Shown piece by piece: positions 8,124 to 17,183 of a stretch of 25,023 bases of DNA; the first letter of the stretch is position 1; every line of letters begins with the position of its first letter. Location: positions 1 to 25,023 of the forward strand of contig JBKJLC010000286.1 in assembly GCA_046597055.1 (NCBI GenBank). The letters run 5' to 3'. The translations under genes and the position numbers were made by a program. The DNA is from Kofleriaceae bacterium (lineage in GTDB: Bacteria > Myxococcota_A > Polyangia > Haliangiales > Haliangiaceae). The notes under the pieces are model-generated. The model worked only from the letters and a program-made list of their open reading frames with translations, was not told the DNA's origin and made no database searches.

Positions 8124-9122
8124 TCAGTCGGTATGTGCGTGCTGCGCCCGGCTCACGCCGCTCGGCAGCGGGCGGTCGCGGGCGCCGGCGCGGGTCGCGG
8201 TGCGCAGTCGGGCTACGTCGGCGTCCATCACCACGCGTGCCAGACGGCGTAACTCCGCGACCGTGGCGCGATCGCGGTCGCTGATCGCGATCGGTGTCCG
8301 GGCGTCGACGGAGCGGCGGACCTCGTCGGCCATGCGCAGCGACGCCACCAGCGGCGCCTGGATCATAAGGTAGTCGGCGATCATCACCGACATGCGGCCC
8401 AGGGTCGCGTGGTCATGGTCTTGGGTGAGCATGTTGCCCACCAGCAGCACGCCGAACCGATCGAGAATGTCGACCATCGCCTCGGCCAGCTCGGGGTGGC
8501 TGACGCGCACCTCCGACACCGCGTGCTCCACCGTGCCGCTGGCGCTGGCGCCGCCCAGCTGCTCGTCGAGCATGCGGCGCCCGGCGCCGTCGTCGGGGAC
8601 CCGGCGCAGGCGGCGCTGCACGCAAGCCTTGAGAAACGCGTAGGCGTTCTGGAGCGACGTCAGCTGCGGGGTCATCACCAGGATCTTGAGGTCGGCCGCG
8701 GCCACCAGATCGATGGTGTTGAACGCGGTGCCGGCACCGACGTCGATCACGACGACGTCGGCGCTCAGGTCGGCGAGCGCGCCCACCAGCCGGAGGGTCT
8801 GGGCGGCGTTGATGTTGGCGGCGCCGATCCGGGACGACCCCGGGATCACGCGTAGGTTGGGATGACCGGTGTCGAGCGCGACGTCGGCCAGCGCCGGGAC
8901 TTCCTGGTCGAGGAACGCGCCGAGTCCGGGCCCGGGCCGGGTGATCCCCATCATCGTGTGGAGGTTGGGCGCACCCAGATCGCCGTCGATGATCGTGGTC
9001 TTGTGGCCGAGGCGGCCGAGCATGACCGCCAGGTTGAGCGACACCACGCTCTTGCCGACGCCGCCCTTGCCGCCGGCGACCGCGACGATCCGGCCGGCGC
9101 GCCGGACGGGTTCAGTCGACAA
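8124..9122 (-). CDS. MinD/FlhG(FleN)-family ATPase
   Basis: Deviant Walker A GGKGGVGKS, DGDLGAPNLHT, VIDVGAG. Flagellar context suggests a FlhG/FleN role, but no adjacent flhF, so no symbol is given. Confidence 0.8.
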   Translation of the reverse strand: MSTEPVRRAGRIVAVAGGKGGVGKSVVSLNLAVMLGRLGHKTTIIDGDLGAPNLHTMMGITRPGPGLGAFLDQEVPALADVALDTGHPNLRVIPGSSRIGAANINAAQTLRLVGALADLSADVVVIDVGAGTAFNTIDLVAAADLKILVMTPQLTSLQNAYAFLKACVQRRLRRVPDDGAGRRMLDEQLGGASASGTVEHAVSEVRVSHPELAEAMVDILDRFGVLLVGNMLTQDHDHATLGRMSVMIADYLMIQAPLVASLRMADEVRRSVDARTPIAISDRDRATVAELRRLARVVMDADVARLRTATRAGARDRPLPSGVSRAQHAHTD

Positions 9123-11085
9123 GCGTGCTCTCGCGGCCGCGGGCGAGGAGGGCGATGGTGTGGGCGGTGGCGGCGGCCGCCGCCGTCATGAGCCGGGCGG
9201 TCGCGGCCAGGTAGTCGGCCCGCGTCGCTGGCCGACGAGCCTCGTCGAAGGCGTCGCTGATCGCGCGCTGCGCGTGCAGGGCGACGAACTCGTGCGCGGC
9301 CAGCCGGGCGGCCAGGGCGCGCTCGATCTTGCCGAGCCGCAGGCGGGTGTCGTCACCGCGGCGGTCGTCGCGACCGGCGGACGCAGAGGCGGCCAGCCCG
9401 GCGCCGGTGCCGGCCAGCCGCTCGATGACGCGCAGCTCGCGCTCGGTGGCGAGCAGCCAGGCCCGGGCGGCGCGCTCGCGGGCGACCGGATCGATCGTGG
9501 CCTGCACGGCGTCGAGCGTGCCGGCGACATCGACCGGGGCGTCGAGGCCGGCGAGCACGGTGGCGAGCGGCACGTGCTCCATGCCGTCGATGAAGGCGCC
9601 ACCCTCGGTGCAGTTGTACAGGCGCACGGTGCCCGCGACCCGGCGGGCGGTCTCGACAAACCAGCGGTGGAACATGGCGAACATGAAGCTCGACGGCACC
9701 GGGTCGCCGTGCCACCCCGGCAGCTCGACCACCCGCTCGCGCGGCGCCTGGGGGCCGCCGCCGGCCTTCATGCGGCGGAAGCCATCGCTCCAGCCGGCGA
9801 CCTGCACGGTGCCATCGGCGCCGACCACCGCGTGGGCGGCGCCGTCGCAGCTGGTGTCGACGTACCAACGACCGCCGGGAAACGACAGGTCGAGGCCGAC
9901 CATGATGATCGGATCACACTTCCAGCGCAGGCCCAGTGACAGCGCGGTGGTCGCTACCGAGCCGCCGCCCGGGACCTCGGCACCGCCGCCGACCGCCTGG
10001 TACAGCCACCGATCGAGCGCGCCATTGGAGGCCAGCGTGAGGTGCCGGACGGCGTCGAGCCGATAGAGCCCCGGATGCACGGTCACCGCGTTGACCACCG
10101 CACCGACGCCGTCGAGGTCGCCATCGTGGAAGTGGTAGCGGACGTCCTGCGGATCGACCGTGAGCACCAGGTCCGGCACCACCCCGGCGGCACGCAAGGG
10201 GCGCAGCGAGTGCGAGAACCCGACGATGATCGCCTGGCCTCGCAGCTCGCGCAGCTGCGCGACATTGCCGGCCAGCGATGGACCGGGCGCGCAGATGATC
10301 ATCGGACGACCCTCGAAGCGATCGCCGACGTCGGCGACCGACGGCCAGCGCGCGATCGCGGGCAGGTTCGCCGCGCCTTGGGTCACCCAGGTCGCCGAGA
10401 ACGCGCTGAGCGTGTTGTGGTGGACCCGAAGGTCGCACAGGGCCTGGTGGACGACGTTGGCGGTAGCCGCGGTGGTGGCCGCGGTGGTGGCCCGATCGTC
10501 CCCGTCGAGGCTGCGCACGGTCACCCGATCCGGCGGGCACTCGTGCATCAGCCGCACCGCGTGGGCGAGCTCATCCTGGCTGGCGCACGCCATCACCGGC
10601 GCCTGGTAGGCGGCGGCGGTGACGTCGACCAGCGCCAGGATGCGCTGCTGGCCGAGGTCGGCGAGATGGATGGCGAGGTCCTCAAGGCCGGCGCCGACCA
10701 GGACCACCAGATCGCGGGATACATCCCAGGTCGGCGGCAGCATCGCGTCGGCCAGGCAGGCCACGCCCAGCGGGGTGCGGACCAGGCGGTCGATGGGCGG
10801 CAGCTCGCGCGCATGCCAGCGCTCGACCGTGGTCGCGGTGACGCGGCCACCCGCGACCACCGCGGCGAGCGAGCGAAGGTCGAGGTCGTCGGCGGCGTCG
10901 GCCGGCAGCGGATGGCGGGCCAGCTCGGCGCGCAGCCGCCGGGTCTCGTGCGACGCCGCCAGCGCACCGATCAGGTCGCCGTCGCAGGCGGCGGTGGCCA
11001 GGGCCTCGCCGGCCAGGCCCAGCTCGCCCAGCAGCCGCGTGCAGGTGCTGACGGCGTCATCGCCGATGCGCGCGGCTGCCTTCAT
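9112..11085 (-). CDS. maf: Motility-associated factor (Maf/DUF115) flagellin glycosyltransferase (657 aa; start re-called at 11085)
   Basis: IICAPGPSL, GVVPDLVLTVDP, GGSVATTA, DPIIMVGLDLSF and YNCTEGGAFIDG are typical of the Maf core. ATGA overlap with the upstream methylase. Confidence 0.9.
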   Translation of the reverse strand: MKAAARIGDDAVSTCTRLLGELGLAGEALATAACDGDLIGALAASHETRRLRAELARHPLPADAADDLDLRSLAAVVAGGRVTATTVERWHARELPPIDRLVRTPLGVACLADAMLPPTWDVSRDLVVLVGAGLEDLAIHLADLGQQRILALVDVTAAAYQAPVMACASQDELAHAVRLMHECPPDRVTVRSLDGDDRATTAATTAATANVVHQALCDLRVHHNTLSAFSATWVTQGAANLPAIARWPSVADVGDRFEGRPMIICAPGPSLAGNVAQLRELRGQAIIVGFSHSLRPLRAAGVVPDLVLTVDPQDVRYHFHDGDLDGVGAVVNAVTVHPGLYRLDAVRHLTLASNGALDRWLYQAVGGGAEVPGGGSVATTALSLGLRWKCDPIIMVGLDLSFPGGRWYVDTSCDGAAHAVVGADGTVQVAGWSDGFRRMKAGGGPQAPRERVVELPGWHGDPVPSSFMFAMFHRWFVETARRVAGTVRLYNCTEGGAFIDGMEHVPLATVLAGLDAPVDVAGTLDAVQATIDPVARERAARAWLLATERELRVIERLAGTGAGLAASASAGRDDRRGDDTRLRLGKIERALAARLAAHEFVALHAQRAISDAFDEARRPATRADYLAATARLMTAAAAATAHTIALLARGRESTLVD

Positions 11086-11735
11086 GGCGCGGTCCCGGTG
11101 CCGGGCTTCTCGAACAGGTGGTAGGTGCAGTCGTCGTAGCCGGCGGCCTGGTCGAGCGGCCCGCTGCCGATCCGGCGCAGGGTCGGGAACCGCCGGGCGA
11201 TCGTGGCGCCGTGGTCGCGCTTCCACAGGGCGCCGTGCTCACCGCGGTAGGCGACCTCGACCTCCTCGGGGTGGTCGTACTCGATCGCGAACAACCAGCG
11301 ACGGGTGCAGCGAAACATCTCGTCGAGCGCGCGACCGAGGTCGGCCGGCCCGATGTGGATCATCACGCCGCTGGTGAACACCAGGTCGAACCAGCCGTCC
11401 TTGAACGGCAGATCGAACGCCGTGCCTGGCACGATGTTGAGCTCGGGGGTGCGAACCCGCGCGCGCTCGACCGCGTAGCGCTGCGGCTCGACGCCCCAGA
11501 CCTCGCCGACCGAGGCCGCGGTCAGGTAGCGCAGGTTCCAGCCCAGGTTGCAGCCGACCTCGAGCGCTCGCTCGACCCGGAGCCCGGTGAGGAGGCGGCG
11601 CCAGGTCGTGGCCCTTGCCGGCCGCTCGACGTCGTTGCGATCGGTGTAGTCGGCGCCGAAGCGCGAGCGCCACAGGGCGAGCTGAGCGGTCTCGGCAGCG
11701 TCGGCAGCGGTGGGGTCGGGGGCGATCGTGGTCAT
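11082..11735 (-). CDS. Pseudaminic-acid-biosynthesis-associated SAM methyltransferase (217 aa; start re-called at 11735)
   Basis: W.SRFGADYTDRN, LEVGCNLGWNL (SAM motif I), FDLVFTSGVMIHI, IEY...EVAYRG...LWKRD. ATGA overlap with the upstream gene. Confidence 0.88.
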   Translation of the reverse strand: MTTIAPDPTAADAAETAQLALWRSRFGADYTDRNDVERPARATTWRRLLTGLRVERALEVGCNLGWNLRYLTAASVGEVWGVEPQRYAVERARVRTPELNIVPGTAFDLPFKDGWFDLVFTSGVMIHIGPADLGRALDEMFRCTRRWLFAIEYDHPEEVEVAYRGEHGALWKRDHGATIARRFPTLRRIGSGPLDQAAGYDDCTYHLFEKPGTGTAP

Positions 11736-12193
11736 GCGCGTCTCCACAGGTAGCGGACCGTGCGGGCGGTCGGAGCGTCGGCCCCGGGCTCGGCGCAGGG
11801 CGCGAAGCCAACCGCCGCGAAGCACGCACGGCTGGCATGGTTGTCGGGCTGGATGTCGGCGATCACCGGACCGCCATCGGCGACACACGCCGCGGCGATC
11901 GCGGCGCGGCCGACGCCGTGGCCGCGGGCCTCGGCGGCGAGGGCGATCGCGATCCGACCGGTGGGGTCGTCGGCGCCGGCGCGCTCGATGCGAACGACGC
12001 CGACCGGCGCGCCGTCGGCCTCGACGATCCACATCCGGGTCAGGCGATCGGCCAGGCGCGCCGCAAACCAGCGCGCGTGATCGGCGGGGGCGATCGGTCG
12101 CGGATCGATCGAGCGGTCGCGGACGTCGGGCGCGCCGTTGTAGGCGAGCACCCGGTCGCGATCGTCGGCGCTCACCGGCCGCAACGTGATCAC
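11732..12193 (-). CDS. pseH: PseH-like GNAT N-acetyltransferase (153 aa; GTG start at 12193)
   Basis: LRPV..DD...VR..S....I...DH.RWF, acetyl-CoA motif ARGHGVG, DNHASRACF..VGF. Directly after pseI with a GTGA overlap. Confidence 0.72.
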   Translation of the reverse strand: MITLRPVSADDRDRVLAYNGAPDVRDRSIDPRPIAPADHARWFAARLADRLTRMWIVEADGAPVGVVRIERAGADDPTGRIAIALAAEARGHGVGRAAIAAACVADGGPVIADIQPDNHASRACFAAVGFAPCAEPGADAPTARTVRYLWRRA

Positions 12194-13290
12194 GCGATCA
12201 ACTCCCAGGCCAGCGCGGTGCCGCGGTCGATCGCCACCCGCGCGCTGCGGCCGAGCACGCCCGGCAGCTCGCGCGGCGGCAGGCCATGGCCAGGACGGAT
12301 CGCGCGGACGTTGGCGCGGGTGAGCGGCTCCCCGGCGGCGATGTCGGCGACCGCGTAGAGCGAGCGCCGGAAGGGACGGCTGGTCGCCTCGCTCGCCGGT
12401 CGACGGGCGCTGCCGTCGCCGAGCGCGTCCCAGGTCAGCTGGCACGCGCGCACCAGCTCGGTCAGCTCCGCGGGCTCGAGCGAGAAGCCGGCGTCGGGCC
12501 CGCCGTCGGCGCGGCGCAGCGTGAGGTGCTTCTCGATCATGCAGGCGCCGCGGGCGACCGCCGCGATCGCCACGGTCGCGCCCGGCGAGTGATCGGACAG
12601 GCCGACCAGGCCATGGCGACCCAGCGCGTCCATGCGGCGCAGGTTGGAGTCGCCGGGCGGCGTCGGATACCCGGAGACGCAGTGGAGGACGATCACCTCG
12701 GCGGCGCCGGCGGCGCGCGCGGTCGCGACCGCCCGGGTCACCTCGTCGTCATCGGCCATGCCGGTCGACATGATCATCGGCTTGCCGGTCGCGCCGCAAG
12801 CCGCGATCAGCTCGAGATCGCCGAGCTCGAACGACGCGATCTTGTAGACCGGGGCGCCGAGGGTCTCGAGCTGGCTCACCGCGGTGAGATCGAACGGCGA
12901 CGAGAACACGGTCAGGCCATGGCTCCGACCGCGCTCGAACAGCGCGGGGTGCCAGGCCCAAGGCGTCGCCGCCTCGGCGTAGAGCTCCCACAGGCGGCGT
13001 CCCGCCCAGGGACCGGCCGCGATCAAGAAGTCGGGCCGCGCGCAGTCGAGCGTCATGCTGGCGGGGGTGAACGTCTGCAGCTTGACCGCGTCGGCGCCGG
13101 CGGCCGCGGCCGCGTCGATGATCGCCAGCGCGCGGTCGAGGTCACCCAAGTGGTTGGCCGACAGCTCGGCGACGATCCACGGGCGATGACCGGGCCCGAC
13201 CGGGCGGCCCGCGATCGTGCAGGTACGGGTGGTCGCCGCCACCGGCGGGGTCGGCGCCTCGCCAGGGCCGGGGCGAGACAGGTCGCTCAC
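12190..13290 (-). CDS. pseI: Pseudaminic acid synthase PseI (NeuB family with C-terminal SAF domain; GTG start at 13290)
   Basis: IVAELSANHLG, GADAVKLQT, TPWAWH, FSSPFD, YKIASFE, STGMA, LHCVSGYP, GLSDHS, IEKH, RRSLY, IRPGHGL. GTGA overlap with the fliL stop. Confidence 0.92.
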   Translation of the reverse strand: MSDLSRPGPGEAPTPPVAATTRTCTIAGRPVGPGHRPWIVAELSANHLGDLDRALAIIDAAAAAGADAVKLQTFTPASMTLDCARPDFLIAAGPWAGRRLWELYAEAATPWAWHPALFERGRSHGLTVFSSPFDLTAVSQLETLGAPVYKIASFELGDLELIAACGATGKPMIMSTGMADDDEVTRAVATARAAGAAEVIVLHCVSGYPTPPGDSNLRRMDALGRHGLVGLSDHSPGATVAIAAVARGACMIEKHLTLRRADGGPDAGFSLEPAELTELVRACQLTWDALGDGSARRPASEATSRPFRRSLYAVADIAAGEPLTRANVRAIRPGHGLPPRELPGVLGRSARVAIDRGTALAWELIA

Positions 13291-13799
13291 TGGACGACGA
13301 ACTCCGCGAAGATCATGCGATTGACCTGCTGGGGACCCAGCCGCTCGCCGACCCGCCGCGCGAGCGCGTCGCGGATGCGATCCTTGTTCTCGGGGCCGAG
13401 CGTGTCGGCCACCCGCAGCCCCGACAGGTAACTGAGGATGTCGTCGCGTACGAGCTGCTTGGACTTCTCGAGCGACTTGGTCGCGGCGCCGTCGCGCAGC
13501 TCGATCTGGAGCTGGATCCGGAGGTAGCGCGAGGGTCCGGGCTCGTTCAGGTTGATGACGAATGGATCGAGCGGGATGACCGGGCCCGTGATCTGGTTGG
13601 CCTGGTCCGGGGTCGGTGCCGTCCCCTCCGCGGGCACAGCGGCCGCCGCGGCCGCCGGATGGGCGCTGCTCTGGCCCATCGTCTGGAACAGGATGAACCC
13701 GGACACGGCGAGATTGGCCGCCAGCAAACCCAGGACAGCCTTGGACGTCCGGGGCGGGCGGACCTGGGGTGGCTTCTCCTCGGGTTCGTCGTCGCTCAT
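13287..13799 (-). CDS. fliL: Flagellar basal body-associated protein FliL (170 aa; start re-called at 13799)
   Basis: Single N-terminal TM, LDPFVINL, RYLRIQLQIE, VRDDILSYLS, C-terminus IFAEFVVQ. Confidence 0.94.
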   Translation of the reverse strand: MSDDEPEEKPPQVRPPRTSKAVLGLLAANLAVSGFILFQTMGQSSAHPAAAAAAVPAEGTAPTPDQANQITGPVIPLDPFVINLNEPGPSRYLRIQLQIELRDGAATKSLEKSKQLVRDDILSYLSGLRVADTLGPENKDRIRDALARRVGERLGPQQVNRMIFAEFVVQ

Positions 13800-13812
13800 G
13801 AGGATCGCGTCG

Positions 13813-13828
13813 AGCAACCCGCGTGCCG
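13813..13828 (-). promoter_or_regulatory. Sigma54 promoter of the fliL-pse-maf-flhG operon
   Basis: Minus strand CGGCACG-CGGG-TTGCT, one mismatch from consensus TGGCACG-N4-TTGCW; 14 nt from the GC to the fliL ATG. Confidence 0.85.
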
Positions 13829-13959
13829 ACGCAACCAGTCGAATTTCCTGGGGCCCAGCAGCGAACACCGTCAATGTTGGCAGCATCGCGACCCTGGAGA
13901 ACGGCTGCTGCGCGCCGGCTGGTGCCGTGGCGTACCATTGCCCGCGTCCGACCGCAGGG

Positions 13960-14223
13960 CTACGCGTCGGAGGCGACGGGCGGATCGACGTCGCCCGGCT
14001 GGTCGCCCGGCTGGTCTTCCGGCTGGCCCGGCTCGTCCGGCTCGTCGGTCGCCCGGCTCGGCGCTATCAAGCGCTCCGCGAGCTTGTCGAGATTCACCTG
14101 GTAGAGGCCATTCTGCAGGGTCTCGCGGAAGCGCGCCGCGCGCGGCCCGATGCGCTCGGGCGGCGGGGCTGGTCCGTCGGTGGGTCCGGCGAGGCTGGTC
14201 AGCGTGGTCGACTTGATACGCAT
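13960..14223 (-). CDS. flgM: Short anti-sigma28 factor FlgM-like protein with acidic tail
   Basis: RAARFRETLQNGLYQVNLDKLAERLI resembles the FlgM C-terminal signature (..I.NG.Y.VD..KIA..L). GGAG 6 nt upstream of the ATG; flagellar context. Confidence 0.72.
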   Translation of the reverse strand: MRIKSTTLTSLAGPTDGPAPPPERIGPRAARFRETLQNGLYQVNLDKLAERLIAPSRATDEPDEPGQPEDQPGDQPGDVDPPVASDA

Positions 14224-14285
14224 CGGGTACTCCGTTGCATCCTGGGTCGACCGTACCCGGGGTTCTATAGACCTCTTCTGGACCG

Positions 14286-14696
14286 CTAGCGGCCAGCCAG
14301 CCTGGCCACGGCAGCCGTCGGGAGTACGTCGCGGACCGCCGCCGACACCTGGCGACGCAGGGTGTCCGGATCGAACGGCAGGGCAGCGAAGCGGAGGCCC
14401 TCGCCGAGGTCGGCGCCACCGGGGACGGCCTCGACGGGCCTGCGGCCGGTCAGCAGAATCCCGACGGCAGCGGGCTGCATCTCGCGGAGGCGGCGGGCGA
14501 GCTCGCCCCCGCCCATCTCGGGCAACTCGAAATCGGAGACCAGCACGTCGATCGGCCGCGCCGCCAGCACCGCCAGCGCCTCGCTGGCCGTGGCGGCGGT
14601 GATCACCTCGTGGCCGTCATAGCGGAAGAGCCGGGCCACCGCCGCGAGGATCTCGGGATCCGGGTCGACACAGAGCACGACGGGGCGGGTGGGCAT
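14286..14696 (-). CDS. Single-domain receiver (CheY-like) protein, atypical (136 aa; start re-called at 14696)
   Basis: VLCVDPD, EALAVL...IDVLVSDFELPEMGGGEL, ILLTG. The usual KPF reads LPF. Confidence 0.85.
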   Translation of the reverse strand: MPTRPVVLCVDPDPEILAAVARLFRYDGHEVITAATASEALAVLAARPIDVLVSDFELPEMGGGELARRLREMQPAAVGILLTGRRPVEAVPGGADLGEGLRFAALPFDPDTLRRQVSAAVRDVLPTAAVARLAGR

Positions 14697-14713
14697 CGGA
14701 TTGAAGGAGCCCG

Positions 14714-15745
<1,032 letters not shown>

Positions 15746-15758
15746 TGCCCAGGCCGAA

Positions 15759-15774
15759 TGCGAGAGTCAAGCCA
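15759..15774 (-). promoter_or_regulatory. Putative sigma54 promoter of the activator gene
   Basis: Minus strand TGGCTTG-ACTC-TCGCA (GG-N10-GC); 14 nt from the GC to the GTG at 15745. Confidence 0.6.
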
Positions 15775-15976
15775 ACTTGAATAGCGGGAGTGCATCCGTC
15801 AATACGGTTTTATCCTCAGCAGAAGAGCGTGTTTGACGTCATCAGCGTCCCCGCTACCCGCAAGAACCGGGTGCGGTCCTACCCGGGGGGGGGTAAAGGG
15901 CAACTCTGCGATGTCGCTCCAGATCGAGCGCACGGTCGGTGCACGTGGCGAGATACGCGACCCCGGTTCAGGAAGC

Positions 15977-17068
15977 TCACACCGGCGGATCAGCCGAGGC
16001 GGAGGTCGGACCCAGGAGATCTTCGCGGTAGTGAAGGGCCTGACACGAGGTCTCGCCCCAGCCCTCGGCGGGCTCGGACGCCGCGCTGCCGCGGGCGAAA
16101 TAGAGCACCGTTACGATCGTGCCGTCGTCGAGCTGCACCGTCGATGGATAGCCCACGTCGTTGCCGATACCGTCGCCGGCCAGGATCACCTCGTGATCGC
16201 GGTTCCAGGTCGCGCCGCGGTCGTCGCTGACCAGCGCCCCGCAGCCGAGGGGCCGCCGCCGTCGGCCGAAGGTGAGCAGCAGGCGACCGCTCGCCAGCCA
16301 GCACAGATCGGCGGGGTGCTCGAGTGCGCGTGTCACCGGTGTCGGCGGGCTCCAGCTGTCGCCGCCATCCCGGCTGTGGACGATCGCGGTATGACCGTCC
16401 GCGTGGCGGACCGCGCCGACCAGGTGGTCGGGAGCGACCCAGCATAGCGACAGCTCGCTGGTGTTGTCCGCGACCAGCGACTCGTCGCCCCACGTCAGCC
16501 CGCCATCGCGACTGCGGATCACGATCGAGTCGAACCGCGTGCCTGCCGGGCCGGCCTGGGCCGGGCCATAGGCCGCCATCAGCAGCGTGCCGTCCGGCCC
16601 GGTGACGATGCGTCCGAACGGCGAGCCCCAGGCGAGGCGCTGGCTGCGATGGGGCCGCGGCGGCGACCAGCTGCGGCCGTGGTCGGTGCTCGTCATCACG
16701 AACAGCTCCGGCTGGTCGGTCAGCGGCGCCTGCGCGGGCGACTGCCAGCGTCGCTCGTCGCCCGACGGCAGTGGCGGATAGCAGCGCACACCGGCTTGCC
16801 AGTAGGCCAGTAGCCACCCGCCATGGGCGTCGACCCCGAACGCGGGATTGCGCACGTCGTGCCAGCGCGGCGCCACCTCGATCGGATCCGACCAGCTCTC
16901 GCCGCCATCGGTCGAGTGGGACGTGGCCAGGGTGCCGGACAGGCCGTAGTGCGGCGCGCCGGTCCGGAACACCGCGGCGATCGCGCGGCCGCCGGTGCGC
17001 GCGATCACCGGAAAGTGGCCCTGCATCGCGCACACCAGGAATCGGCTGATCGTGTGACGCCGTCCCAC
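15977..17068 (-). CDS. BNR/Asp-box beta-propeller protein, sialidase-like fold, no signal peptide (start uncertain: GTG 17068 or 17074, or ATG 17026)
   Basis: Five Asp-boxes (STDGGESW, STDHGRSW, SRDGGLTW, SRDGGDSW, SDDRGATW) and a C-terminal GYPS. The track extension to 17263 overlaps the divergent gene and is unlikely. Confidence 0.85.
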   Translation of the reverse strand: MGRRHTISRFLVCAMQGHFPVIARTGGRAIAAVFRTGAPHYGLSGTLATSHSTDGGESWSDPIEVAPRWHDVRNPAFGVDAHGGWLLAYWQAGVRCYPPLPSGDERRWQSPAQAPLTDQPELFVMTSTDHGRSWSPPRPHRSQRLAWGSPFGRIVTGPDGTLLMAAYGPAQAGPAGTRFDSIVIRSRDGGLTWGDESLVADNTSELSLCWVAPDHLVGAVRHADGHTAIVHSRDGGDSWSPPTPVTRALEHPADLCWLASGRLLLTFGRRRRPLGCGALVSDDRGATWNRDHEVILAGDGIGNDVGYPSTVQLDDGTIVTVLYFARGSAASEPAEGWGETSCQALHYREDLLGPTSASADPPV

Positions 17069-17183
17069 GAACACATCCCCACGCTGCGACCACTTGGGCA
17101 CCCGTCCGAGTACCACCCGGGTTCGGCGCCGATCAAGGCCGGCTCGGCTTGTCCTACCTGGCCCCGCGCGCTCCCATGATGGG

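Noticed and set aside
12190..13938. Apparent 582-aa PseI, and other long N-terminal extensions in the track (maf 704 aa, methylase 316 aa, FliE 389 aa, IlvE 523 aa, receiver 348 aa)
   Set aside because: The extensions are out-of-frame read-through over upstream genes. True starts coincide with stop/start overlaps or promoter geometry, so these are not fusions.
14243..14270. Sigma28-like TATA-N14-GTCGAC upstream of flgM
   Set aside because: Spacer is one base short and both boxes are weak; not supportable from sequence alone.
15841..15900. c-di-GMP-I riboswitch-like GGTAGCGGGG on the minus strand upstream of the activator
   Set aside because: The 5' features (GCAAA, GNRA tetraloop stem, GACGCAAAG) are absent.
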